From Eledone cirrhosa (taxonomy: Eukaryota): a stretch of 64,000 bases of DNA. The notes beneath the pieces are model-generated. The model was not told where the DNA came from. It searched no databases and saw only the letters and a program-made list of their open reading frames with translations. The stretch spans positions 37,324,001-37,388,000 of the forward strand of contig OZ024740.1 of assembly GCA_964016885.1 (NCBI GenBank), in the 5' to 3' direction. A program made the translations under genes and the position numbers. Positions 45,701 to 58,430 of this stretch are shown piece by piece; position 1 is the first letter of the stretch, and every line of letters starts with the position of its first letter.

Positions 45701-47740
45701 AACATACCAGTGTTTCCTCACATCTATACTACAGTAAACTAACATACCAGTGTTTCCTCACATCTATACTACAGTAAAGTAACATACCAGTGTTTCCTCA
45801 CATCTATACTACAGTAAACTAACATACCAGTGTTTCCTCACATCTATACTACAGTAAACTAACATACCAGTGTTTCCTCACATCTATACTACAGTAAACT
45901 AACATACCAGTGTTTCCTCACATCTATACTACAGTAAACTAACATACCAGTGTTTCCTCACATCTATACTACAGTAAACTAACATACCAGTTTTTCCTCA
46001 CATCTATACTACAGTAAACTAACATACCAGTGTTTCCTCACATCTATACTACAGTAAACTAACATACCAGTGTTTCCTCACATCTATACTGCAGTAAACT
46101 AACATACCAGTGTTTCCTCACATCTATACTGCAGTAAACTAACATACCAGTGTTTCCTCACATCTATACTACAGTAAACTAACATACCAGTGTTTCCTCA
46201 CATCTATACTACAGTAAACTAACATACCAGTGTTTCCTCACATCTATACTGCAGTAAACTAACATACCAGTGTTTCCTCACATCTATACTACAGTAAACT
46301 AACATACCAGTGTTTCCTCACATCTATACTACAGTAAACTAACATACCAGTGTTTCCTCACATCTATACTACAGTAAACTAACATACCAGTGTTTCCTCA
46401 CATCTATACTACAGTAAACTAACATACCAGTGTTTCCTCACATCTATACTACAGTAAACTAACATACCAGTGTTTCCTCACATCTATACTGCAGTAAACT
46501 AACATACCAGTGTTTCCTCACAACTATACTACAGTAAACTAACATACCAGTGTTTCCTCACATCTATACTACAGTAAACTAACATACCAGTGTTTCCTCA
46601 CATCTATACTGCAGTAAACTAACATACCAGTGTTTCCTCACATCTATACTACAGTAAACTAACATACCAGTGTTTCCTCACATCTATACTACAGTAAACT
46701 AACATACCAGTGTTTCCTCACATCTATACTACAGTAAACTAACATACCAGTTTTTCCTCACATCTATACTACAGTAAACTAATACAACAATGTTTCTTCA
46801 CATCTATACTGCAGTAAACTAACATACCAGTGTTTCCTCACATCTATACTACAGTAAACTAACATACCAGTGTTTCCTCACATCTATACTGCAGTAAACT
46901 AACATACCAGTGTTTCCTCACATCTATACTACAGTAAACTAACATACCAGTGTTTCCTCACATCTATACTGCAGTAAACTAACATACCAGTGTTTCCTCA
47001 CATCTATACTACAGTAAACTAACATACCAGCGTTTCCTCACATCTATACTACAGTAAACTAACATACCAGTGTTTCCTCACAACTATACTACAGTAAACT
47101 AACATACCAATGTTTCCTCACATCTATACTACAGTAAACTAACATACCAGTGTTTCCTCACATCTATACTGCAGTAAACTAACATACCAGTGTTTCCTCA
47201 CATCTATACTACAGTAAACTAACATACCAGTGTTTACTCACATCTATACTGCAGTAAACTAACATACCAGTGTTTCCTCACATCTATACTACAGTAAACT
47301 AACATACCAGTGTTTCCTCACATCTATACTGCAGTAAACTAACATACCAGTGTTTCCTCACATTTATACTACAGTAAACTAGCATACCAGCGTTTCCTCA
47401 CATCTATACTACAGTAAACTAACATACCAGTGTTTCCTCACAACTATACTACAGTAAACTAACATACCAATGTTTCCTCACATCTATACTACAGTAAACT
47501 AACATACCAGTGTTTCCTCACATCTATACTGCAGTAAACTAACATACCAGTGTTTCCTCACAACTATACTACAGTAAACTAACACAACAATGTTTCCTCA
47601 CAACTATACTACAGTAAACTAACATACCAGTGTTTCCTCACAACTATACTACAGTAAACTAACACAACAATGTTTCCTCACAACTATACTGCAGTAAACT
47701 AATACGACAGTGATTACTGCAGTAAACTAACATACCAGTT
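39793..47740. repeat. 40-bp tandem satellite (CATCTATACTACAGTAAACTAACATACCAGTGTTTCCTCA), ~198 highly homogeneous copies
   Basis: The 40-bp register is maintained for ~7.9 kb; variation is limited to substitutions. Confidence 0.99.
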
Positions 47741-48398
47741 TTTTAAATATAGATCACAGGTTCTCAAACCATTTTAGCCAAAAATCACGAAACGCCCCCC
47801 TACCCTATTTTTCCATTTTTCAATATACTACTGATTTTGATATCAGTAGATTACTAAAAAATTGATTAACAATATTCCAAAGATACCATTGCAGGCAGCT
47901 GAGCGTATAAATACATTCCTTGAAAGGAAATATATAAATTTCCAAAAAAGGAACATAAATGTTCTTTTTTATGAATAAGGACCAGTTGAATTTGTTATAT
48001 TCCCACCAGGCGATACCACTATTTTGAATATTTATACAAGAGCAACTCTGTCTATCCCAAGAGTGCTCTTATCTGGAAGAAAGTGGCAATTATATCATTT
48101 CAAAGCTTTCCAATTTTCCCTTTAATGAAATGGACAGAATAAATGTTGATATCTAACTTGATGTCCCCTCTGCTTTGTGAGCTTAGAGACCACGGAAGAG
48201 GGTTTTCATGACCACGCGGGAGGGTATATTTATTAGTAAATGGTAAAATATATACAACAAATGAGTAAGTGAATTGAAGTAGATGGTTTCCAGTCCAGTC
48301 AGACTGCAACTACAAATAAAAAAATTGCTAGTTTGCTTTGTAACAATAGCATATCCAAGTTTTCGGATAAATCAACATACTTTAATTTTGACCTTATT

Positions 48399-49422
48399 TC
48401 AATGGGACCCTTGAGCTTCATGGAGTCTAGCTAACTCTTTGACGCCAGGCTGGATTTTCGTAAGATGTAGCCGGAGATCTCCACGTGTAATTACATTGTA
48501 GCGGTTGCGAGCCTTACTGTGCAGTCTGGAAACAGCGCCAAATCCCCTCTCGACTAAGTATGAGCTTGGAAAAGGCAGACCAAATCTCTTAGCCTCTGCA
48601 TGTAGGTGTGGAAATCGATGCTGAATTTCCTCTTGCATCCAAAAAAGGATTTTGGAAAATCTAATTTTGATCATGTCATCTGTTTGAAGTTCAATGAATT
48701 CTTCCTGAAATTTAATGTCCAAATCATCGACGGTATCTATTAAGGGATCTGCTATCCAAATTGGGATGTCCATCAGCAAAAGGTCGACAAACCGTTCTCT
48801 CATGTTGTCTTGTAGCACACAGAGGTGAGTGGTATAAATTTGGAGTTGGTCATCGCTTACAATGTTTTGAACATTGGCAACACTAGGAAAATTATAGAAT
48901 TCCCATCAACAAAGATTCTTTTCGATGACATTCAATTTGGCCAGGAATGTTTTCACAGCATTCCTTGCTTTAAGCAAGGTGATCTTCTTCCCCTGCAAAG
49001 CTAAAATGACACTATTGCATTTGTCGAAGATGTCGGTGAGGTAGGGGTTTTCTTGTACAGTTCTGTGCTGCGTCCTCGCAGAAACTCAATGATAGAGTTG
49101 AAGAGTTCAAAGAAGTGAGTAAAGCACTTGCCCTTAGAAAGCCACCTCACTTCAGTATGAAGGAGCAACTTGACGAATTCTTCGTCATTATCTTGGCACA
49201 GTTGCCGGAAAATTCGTTCATTGAGGGAATGCCGTTTGATAAAATTGATGACATCAATGGCCACCTGCAAGGACTTGCTCAGCGGCTTGCTGAGTTTCTT
49301 CGCAGCCAAGTGTTGTCGATGAATGACACAATGAACAGCAAATACAGATAGATTTTCTCTCTTCAGAAGAGTGACAAAACCCTTATGTTGGCCGACCATT
49401 GCTCTTGCATCGTCCGTAGCAC
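48399..49422 (-). pseudogene. hAT transposase C-terminal half (ZBED5/Buster-like), frameshifted
   Basis: ATD.ARAMVG, HCVIHRQHLAAK, HTEVRWLSKG, FPSSYLVERGF, RGDLRL..QGSH. Confidence 0.92.
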
Positions 49423-49910
49423 ATGATACCTGCCTGTGTGTTGTATGTGGTCCTAGATGTATGTATTACCTACCTGTGTGTTGTATGTAGTCCTAGATGT
49501 ATGTATTACCTGCTTATGTATTGCACGTGGTCCCAGCTGTATGTATTACCTGCTTGTGTGTTGTATGGGATGTGTGTATTACATCCTTATGTGTTGTATG
49601 TGGTCCTAGATGTATGTATTACCTGATTATGTGTTGTATGTGGTCCTAGATGTTTGTATTACCTGATTATGTGTTGTATGTAGTCCTAGATGTATGTATT
49701 ACCTGCCTGTGTGTTGTATGTGGTCCTAGATGTTTGTGCTACCTCCTTATGTGTTGCATGTGGTCCTAGATGTGTGTATTACCTGCTTATGTGTTGTATG
49801 TGGTCCTAGATGTGTATATTACCTGCTTATGTATTGTATGTGGTCCTAGATGTGTGTATTATCTGATTATGTGTTGTATGTGGTCCTAGATGTGTGTGCT
49901 ACCCACTTCT
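49423..49910. repeat. 40-bp minisatellite (TACCTGCTTATGTGTTGTATGTGGTCCTAGATGTGTGTAT), ~12 units, inside the hAT element
   Basis: Direct reading. Confidence 0.93.
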
Positions 49911-50829
49911 GTGTTTTTTCTTTTCTTTTTTTATTTGTAATATTTATACAATAGGGAATAAAATAGATCTACATAGTGTTAACTCGTTACGGTTGAGTCA
50001 ATAATTTCAGACATGAAATACATTGTTATCGGTGAAGGAAAGATAAGATTCTAACTGGCTGCGCTCAAAGTGTCCTTGACTCAGTTGACTGTGGCTTTTT
50101 CCATTTTTAGGATCTCAATTGCCGGTTAATGTCTAGACACGCCTGCACACCTGCTCACAGTTGTGGTCAGACCATAGTTATGCTGTCTGCATACTCATTC
50201 AAATGCATTCACACTGGCTGTCTCAAAGACATACAAATATGGCTTATAAAACTTACCAAAGTAAAGAGCCTTCCAGCGCCCTCCCTCTCCCCCAAGCTCC
50301 AAACGCCCCCCTAACTTGCTCCCAAATGCCTCTGGAGTTCCGAAACGCCCCCCAGGGGTGCATATACCCCCCCCCCCCATTGAGTACCTTTGATATAGAT
50401 TTTGACAAATTTCCTCACATCTATACTGCAGTAAACTAACATACCAGTTTTTCCTCACATCTATACTTCAGTAAACTATAAAAAAAAGCTGTTATGGTAG
50501 TTCACTGCAGTATAGATGAAGAAAAACTGGTATGTTGGTAACACACCATTTTTCCCTCACAGTTATATTACAGTTAATTAATGTACTTGGAACATATGAA
50601 CAGACATCAAACATTAATGAGATTTACTAGTATATTTTTAATTTTTCTTGTATTGTTTTTGAATAAAATGATAAACTCTTCCAAATAATCACTATAATTA
50701 TAAGTCAGTCTAATGAAAAACTGCTAATTCAAATGCTAGATATTAAAATACAATGGAAGTCACGTATTGTGATCACTTTGGGACAAAACCTTCTTGATAT
50801 CCTTAATTGGTGAATAGCATTAAGCAGGG

Positions 50830-51310
50830 GATATAACAATACATATATGAGCTGTTCTGAGTAGTAAATAATGATGGAGTAGGTGAGTAGGCGTTTTACT
50901 AGCTGAGAAATGGATTGATAAAGTGATTGAGATAGTTAAAGTAAGTGTCAGAATTATCAAATTCTGAATAGTCATCAGTGATAGAATGACAATGGTTATC
51001 TCAGCATATGTGCCACAATCAGGTCTAAGTGAAGAACAGAAAGGCCATTTGTATGAGGAACTCAACAGCAGATAACAGAGACTTTATTATCCTGGCTGGT
51101 GACTCATTGGACATGTTTGTCAACACCAGTTTGGCTAATTTGGAGTACATGGTGGATATGGCTTGAGAAATGAAAAGAGACCAAGGCTTCTAGAATTCAG
51201 TGGACCTAACTATTTGCAGCATTAACTTCAGGAAACCAGCCAGATACTTGATCACCTACCTATCAGGTGAACATGCTAACCTAATTGACTTCTTGCTCAT
51301 TTGAAAATGG
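50830..51310 (+). pseudogene. Decayed RTE AP-endonuclease fragment
   Basis: LAEKWIDKVI..RIIK..ISAYVPQSG..ILAGD..ITY.SG..IDF, collinear with 53570-54030. Confidence 0.75.
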
Positions 51311-52544
51311 GGAAGTTATTTTCTAGTCCACTCAGATGGAGAAAACATGAGTTGTGACAACACTAGTGCCAAACTTTAATGGTTTTAGCTTCCGCTTGAA
51401 CAACATTGGTGTTGTGGATAGTGGAGACCGACATGTATGGGCAACTGCTGGTCTTCCATAAAGCTCCCTGCCTAGACTTGTGCCTCAGAGAGGCAAACAC
51501 ATGTAGTCAGTCTTGAGCGAATGAGGCCCTTCTTTTTTCCATTTTTGTTTCTCATGAACTATATTGTCAGAATTTCCTTTTTAGCTTGCTTATGTAATAA
51601 TTCCAGTTAGATAAGAAACTTATTATATTAGCCCTTTTTTTTTATTTTTTTATTTTTTTTTTTTTGAGAAGGAGGATTAAATCTTTCCAAGTTTCATGGA
51701 AAGAAACTTTGTCAAAATTCTCTATCCACATTTCTGTCCCTAACACTTGGTATGCTGTTTACATTAGCAAACTTCTAAACAGTAACCTTGAAATGCTAGG
51801 ATCTTCCATGAGAAACAGTTATGTCATTCAAATTAATTTTATAAACAGTATACAGAAAATATGCAAAATAAATAACAATCATATATATATATACACATGT
51901 CAAGTTATATATAATACTTATGTGCATGTGTATGTAGATAATACATTTATAATGCATGAGTATATTTAAACAAATTTACATGTGCACACACATACATATA
52001 TTCTCTTCTACACACATAAGCTCTCTACAGACTTTACAATTATGGTGCCTCTATTGTTTTTTTTTTTTTTATGTTGGTAATTTTGTAAAAGAAGCTTCAG
52101 AACTATTTGAACAAACCTATATTACCTCCAAAATGCTTAGATGCGATCTACAGCTGTACTCTAATAATAGTTATGGTGCCAAAAGACAATTATACCTGTC
52201 CACAATATCACAATGTTCTCATGGGAGAAATAGATAGGAATTAGGTCAGAGAATAAATGTTTAGCATTAGTAGTTTAACTAAAATAAAATCATGAACCAG
52301 ATAATGTACTTTTATGTTAGCAATTTTTCTATTTCCCTTGACTGTAATGATATAACCATTCTCTATCCTGAAATTGAAAAAAATATTATAAATGTTAGTG
52401 CTGTAAATAATATTGTGAGGAAAGTTTCAGCAAGTTTCAGAAGCTGATAGCAGTTGTATCTGACATCCTACAACAAGTATATATGCTAAGATGCCTTTAT
52501 AATACCTTACATTCATGTTAACATTTTGTATACTAAGTCTACCC

Positions 52545-53398
52545 TGTAAGGTAGTCATGCTGGTGACATGAAAGCACCCAGTCCCCCTTGATAGATGGTT
52601 GTTTTGGTTCCACAATAAGAAGCACCCAATGCACACTGTAACTTGGTTAGCATTAGGAAGGGCATCCAGCTGTAGAAACCAATTCAAAATACAGATCTGT
52701 ATGAGCAAGACATTCTCACTTAACTTGAATTGTCTCATAACATCTAACCCATGCAAAAATGGAAAAAATAGAGGTTAAATGATGGTGATGACTGAGGACT
52801 TATTGTGGGGAAATTACTAGAGAGTTACAGGGACAAGAGGAGAAATTTGTTGGGTGGGGGCTTCATCTGGAGAATATTTTCAATAAGGTTCCACATAAAA
52901 TATTGACATGGGCATTGAGAGAGAAATGATTGGTTAGAGTAATAATGACAATGTATGAGAAAACATGTACAGTGTTAAGTACTAAGGACATGAAGAGTGC
53001 TGAGTTTGTAGTGCATCGAGGATCAGTATTAAGCCCACTGTTATTTGTAGCTATGATGGAGGCATAAATGTAAATGTGGCCGTGTAGGCAACACGGTAAA
53101 AACCTCCCAGCCCCACACTGTAAATGTCGTTGGTGTTAGGAAGGGCATCCAGCTGTAGAAAACCCGCCAGACAGTCCACGCTGTAATGTGGCCGTGTAGG
53201 CAACACGGTAAAAACCTCCCAGCCCCACACTGTAAATGTGGTTGGTGTTAGGAAGGGCATCCAACTGTAGAAAACCCGCCAGACAGTGCTATGCGAGCAA
53301 GACAACCACTCTTGCCTCAAGTGGGAAAACCCCCGTCCAAACCCATGCAAGCGTGGAACACGGACGCTAAACCTGATGATGATGATGATGATGATGAT
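52545..53398 (+). mobile_element. Stack of RTE remnants: old 3' end (52545-52790), old RT piece (~52800-53075), and a young 3' UTR with internal ~110-bp duplication and (GAT)n tail (53075-53398)
   Basis: GTTAGGAAGGGCATCCAGC motif; VH.GSVLSPLLF; match to 56570-56783. Confidence 0.8.
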
Positions 53399-53399
53399 A

Positions 53400-56300
53400 T
53401 ATATCATGAATGTAGGCACCTTAAAGGGTCGCTCTAACGAGGTTGTAGAAATGCTTGAACGTAAGGAGGTCGATGTTTGTTGTATTCAAGAGACCAGGTG
53501 GAGGGGTGGGTCTGCTAGATTCATCGTAGGTAAAGAGCGATGCTATAAGCTTTTCTGGGTGGGAAATGACAATGGGCTGGGTGGGGTAGAAATCATGCTA
53601 GCAGAAAAGTGGGCAGATAAGATAATAGACGTAAATAGAGTGAACGACAGAATAATTAAAATAAGACTTGTCCTCCATAACTACTGTGACAGTAATATCT
53701 GCGTACGCACCCCAATCCGGACTGCCCGGCACTATAAAAGACAGATTCTATGAGACACTGATGCTCACTACATCCCAAATAACCGACAGTGACTATATAA
53801 TTATTGCTGGCGACCTAAATTGTCACGTTGGACAACATTGTGACGGCTATGACGGAATCCATGGAGGCTATGGGTTTGGTACTAGAAATGAGGAAGGCTC
53901 CAGAATCCTGGAATTATGTGACGCAAATAACCTAACTATCTGTAACACTAACTTCAAAAAACGAGACAATCACTTGATCACCTATAGATCGGGGGAACAC
54001 ACAAGCCAGGTAGATTATATCCTTACCAGGCGACGTGACAGAGTGTCTGTTGTAAACACTAAATCCCTCCCCAATGAAGAATGCACCTCTCAACATAGAC
54101 TCATAATTAGCGACCTCATAGTCAGGACGAGACGTACTCGACAGCAGAAGAGGACTATCCTCAGGAGAAAAATATGGAAGTTAAAGGACCCCACAGCCAG
54201 TAATAAATTTAAAAGCATATTACTTGATGCTTTTGATAGTAAGGAAGAGCAATTAGAGTCGTACAATATAGAGGAACAGTGGGAATTCCTGAAAGCTAAC
54301 CTGCTGAAGGCGACAGATGAAACCTGTGGCTGGAGCAGACCTATAGGCAGGAGGAGAGTAACTTGGTGGTGGAACAGTAAGGTGGAGAGGTCAATCAAGG
54401 CCAAAAAGCAGGCTTGGAAAGCATGGCGGGATGGGGGAAGTAGAGAAGACTATTAAGTGGCCAGGAGGGAAGCTAGGAGACAAGTGTACTTCGCAAGAAG
54501 GGAAGCAGAGGAAAGAAAGTTCAAGCATGTTCTACAACGCGAGGACCAAAAACGTGAGGTGTTCAGGATTGCTAGGCAATGTGTCAAGGAAAACAGTGAT
54601 ATTGTCGGGGAGAAGTGTGTCCTTGATGATGGTGTATTTGCCATCACTAACGCTGATAAGAAGGTAGCTTGGAAGTGTCACTACGAAAGGCTACTAAATG
54701 AGGAGAATAATTGGGAGAAAGACAGTCTCCCCCACATCGACCTAATAGAGGGACCAGCAGTGCAAGTTGAAGGTAGTATAATAAGTAAGGCGATCAAAGA
54801 CATGAAGACGGGCAAGGCAGCCGGGCCTTCGGAAATAGTTGCCGAAATGCTGAAAGCATCTGGAACGGTGGGACACACTATGGTCACCCAGATAGTAAAC
54901 CAAGTCATACAGAATGGGGTCGTTCCAAAGGACTGGCGTAGCAGCATCATCATTAACTGCTACAAGGGTAAAGGTGATGCCCTAGATAGGGGAAACTATA
55001 GAGGCATTAAATTAATTGACCAGGTCATGAAGGTCACAGAAAAATTAATAGCGCAACTAATCAGAGAGCGAATTGATCTAGACGAAATGCAGTTCGGGTT
55101 TGTGTCAGCTAAAAGTACAACAGACGCTCTTTTCATTGTACAACAACTACAGGAGAAGTACCTAGCTAAAAGTAAACCCCTATACTTAGCTTTTGTTGAC
55201 TTGGAGAAGCCTTTGACAGAGTACCCCGCTCGATTATCTGCAGGGCCCTTAGAAAACTAGGTGTTGATGAACGGCTTGTGAGAGCTATACAAGCCATGTA
55301 TAAAGAAACAGTCAGCAAGGTTAGAATTAACAACGAATATAGTGAAGAGTTTAGCGTAAAAGTTGGTGTTCATCAGGGCTCCGTCCTTAGCCCCCTACTA
55401 TTTATTATTGCCCTTCAGGCTATAACAGAGGAGTTCAAGACTGGCTGCCCATGGGAACTCCTATATGCAGATGATCTAATGCTCATAGCTGAATCAATGG
55501 CTGAACTAGAGAAGAAATTCCAAACATGGAAGCATGGCCTAGAATCAAAAGGCCTTAAAGTTAACATGTCTAAGACTAAAGTTCTAGTTTGTAGGAATTA
55601 AAATAGGGCACTGGTCCCAGCTGGGAAATGGCCATGCGCAGTGTGTAGGAAAGGAGTAGGCAGAAACTCCATTTTATGTCCCAAATGCAAAGTATGGGTA
55701 AATAAAAGATGTAGCGGGATCACAGGTAAGCTAACTAAGAATATAGATTTTATATGTGGCAATAAGTAGCAGCAAGTGCCCTCAGAATACTAACTCATTC
55801 CATTGCACAGATGGTTCTATAGAAATAGTGGACAGCTTCCGTTACCTGGGTGACAAAATCAGCAGTGGGGGAGGGTGCTCTGAAAGTACAGTAGCTAGAG
55901 TCAGAACGGGATAGAAAAGTTCAGAGAGCTTATACCACTATTGGCCGCTAAAAATGAAAGGCGGGCTGTATGCTGCCTGCATACGAACAGTAATGTTACA
56001 TGGCAGTGAGATCTGGGCATTGTGTGCAGAGGATATACGCAAACTGGAGAGAAACGAAGCTTGCATGCTCCGCTGGATGTGTAATAGTAATATACGTGAA
56101 CCGCAAAGCATAAACGAACTAAGGGAGAAATTAGGAATAAGAGGGATCAGATGTTGTTTACTCGAGAGAAGACTACGTTGGTATGGTCACATGATGCGCA
56201 TGAAAGACGACAGCTGTATAAAAAAGTGCAGGGCGATAAAAATAGACGGTAGCCACAGAGTAGGCAGACCCAGAAAAACTTGGTACGACTTGATAAATTC

Positions 56301-56783
56301 CGACCTCACACACTTACACCTTTCCAAGACAATGTCACTGAACCGAGAGCTTTGGCGCTACACAGTTATACAGAAGACCTCCCTTGCCTAAGTACAAAGC
56401 GAAACCTACAGTCAGTAGGCACCTCTAACGAAATACACCCCCTTCCCACTACCCCCACCCTATCCACACCACCCCCTTAAATGTGAAGTTATGTTGGTAC
56501 CACAACATCCAGTCCAAAACAAATGAGGTCGTGTAGGTGTCACGACAAAAAAAAAAAACACACAGTCCACGGTGTAATGTGGCCGTGTAGGTAACGGTAA
56601 AAACCTCCCAGTCCACACTGTAAACGTGGTTGGTGTTAGGAAGGGCATCCAGCCGTAGAAAACCCGCCAGACAGTCCTATACGAGCAGGACAACCAATCT
56701 TGGCTCAGGTGGGAAAACTCCCGTCCAAACCCATGCAAGCGTGGAAGATGGACGTTAAACGATGATGATGATGATGATGATGA
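53400..56783 (+). mobile_element. Near full-length RTE-clade LINE (AP endonuclease + RT + PHD-like finger + 3' UTR + (GAT)n), multiple frameshifts
   Basis: NVGTL, IQETRW, YAPQ, GDLN.HVG, QVDYIL, SQHRL; QFGF, HQGSVLSP, LLYADD; RLRWYGH, GRPRKTW. Confidence 0.95.
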
Positions 56784-56800
56784 TATATATATATATATAA

Positions 56801-56995
56801 CGAAGGAAAAGTGGTAAGGAACCAGATGGACCATAACGCACCAAAGTACTCAATACTTAGGGTAGTAGAATGGGTAATAGGAACGAGTAGGACCCCGACG
56901 GCTGAGCCCAAGCCGTTTCGACGGCTAATTCTGGACTCCAGAATTAGCCGTCGAAACGGCTTGAGCTCAGCCGTCGGGGTCCTACTCGTTCCTAT
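56801..56995 (-). mobile_element. Short fold-back element: 59-bp-arm palindrome (56877-56995) containing the 3' half of a hammerhead, plus a ~75-nt tail
   Basis: Arms are complementary with one mismatch; GAAACGGCT..AGCCGTC forms stem III plus a GUC triplet; flanked by (TA)n. Confidence 0.7.
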
Positions 56996-57008
56996 ATATA
57001 TATATATA

Positions 57009-57201
57009 ACAAAGTAGTTGTGGTAAGGAACCAGATGGACCATAACACACCAGAGTATTCAATACTTACGGTAGTAGAGTGGTAAATAGGAAAAAGTATG
57101 ACCCCGACGGCAGAGCTCAAGCCGTTTCGACGCCTATTTCTGGACTGAAATAGCCATCGGAACGGCTTGAGCTCTGCCATCGGGGTCATACTTTTTCCTA
57201 T
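57009..57201 (-). mobile_element. Second, diverged copy of the same fold-back element (palindrome 57086-57201)
   Basis: Same tail; several copy-specific substitutions are mirrored in both arms. Confidence 0.7.
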
Positions 57202-57209
57202 ATATGTAG

Positions 57210-57240
<31 letters not shown>

Positions 57241-57494
57241 TTATATGTGCATCACATCCTATTGGCCCAGTTAATCAGGAGGATATAGTAAATATTTCTG
57301 AATCTTTCAATGATCCATTCAAATGTATTGAACATCTGGGAACACATTTGTACCACGCACACGAGACACATGTCATATACTCATTAAATTCCAATGAGAG
57401 TCTGTCGACAACTGTATTTTTAATTTATTGCAAAAAGAACAAAGTGAAACGTAACATAAAGTGCGTGCACATGATAAGTAAAGAAAATATTGAT

Positions 57495-57905
57495 TTCTAA
57501 TTTAAGCTCAAGGCCAGCAATTTGGAGGTAATGGTAATTTGATTATGTTGTGCCGAAGTATTTAACTGGTACTTTATTTTATCAACTCCAGAAGGATGAA
57601 AGGCAAAGTTAATCTCAGGGGGATTTGAACTTATAATAAAAAATTTGTAACTAAATATCATGAATTTTGTGCATTGCTCTACTGGTTTTGCCAATCTACC
57701 ACCCAAGTAAAGAAAATATTGATTACTTCTATTACCATAAGAATACAAATTTGAAAGAGAGGGAAAAGACCCAAATTAAATATTGTCATACTAAATCCCG
57801 CTGAGGTTAACTTTACCTTTCATCCTTACGGGGTCGATAAAATAAAGTACCAGTAATGCACTGAGTAATTGCTGGCCTTGTGCCAAAAGTAGAAACAATT
57901 ATTAC
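57495..57905. mobile_element. Old S1-related SINE (57495-57705, -) and truncated S1 SINE (57794-57903, +)
   Basis: Core motif matches. Confidence 0.8.
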
Positions 57906-58189
57906 AAATGTTCTATCTCCTGAATCTTTTTTCTTTAAATAGCAAGAAAAGTGTATATAATAATCATTACATTATATAAAATGTTTATATATATTATAAT
58001 AATCACTATATTATAGCATTTGTCTTCCCCATTTGGTGGCTGTTGCAGTCTGTCTGGTTATGTATGCCAAGTTTAGGAAGGAGGGCAGTCTGCGTTTGGT
58101 TTGACAGGAGCCATGAGTGCACGTTAGTGTTCGGTTTCAAATATGTTCTGTTTATTGACTGATTGGAGCAATAACGGTCTTATTTACAT

Positions 58190-58430
58190 GTATATTATAT
58201 ATAAAGTGTATATATATATATATATATATTATAATAGTCTCTATATCATAATAGTCATATAATAATCAACATATTATATATAAAGTGTATATATAATGTG
58301 TATATATATATATATATCATAATAGTCATATAATAATCAATATATTATATATAATGTGTATATATATATCATAATAGTCATATAATAATCAATATATTAT
58401 ATATAAAGTGTATATATTATGATAATAATC
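58190..58430. repeat. AT-rich degenerate tandem repeat (ATCATAATAGTCATATAATAATCAA..) x3
   Basis: Direct reading. Confidence 0.75.

Larger units (their letters stand above)
47755..50392 (-). mobile_element. hAT (Buster/Charlie-type) DNA transposon, defective, with TIRs and 8-bp TSD
   Basis: TIR CACAGGTTCTCAA / TTGAGTACCTTTG; TSD ATATAGAT at 47747-47754 and 50393-50400; AAACGCCCCCC subterminal motifs. Confidence 0.93.

Noticed and set aside
39793-47740. CRISPR-like regular array
   Set aside because: The units are contiguous with no unique spacers, there are no cas genes, and the context is eukaryotic.
39793-47740. Splice-signal look-alikes in the 40-mer (ACTAAC..CAG on +, G/GTATGT on -)
   Set aside because: These short motifs are expected by chance, there is no polypyrimidine tract, and there is no evidence of a host transcript.
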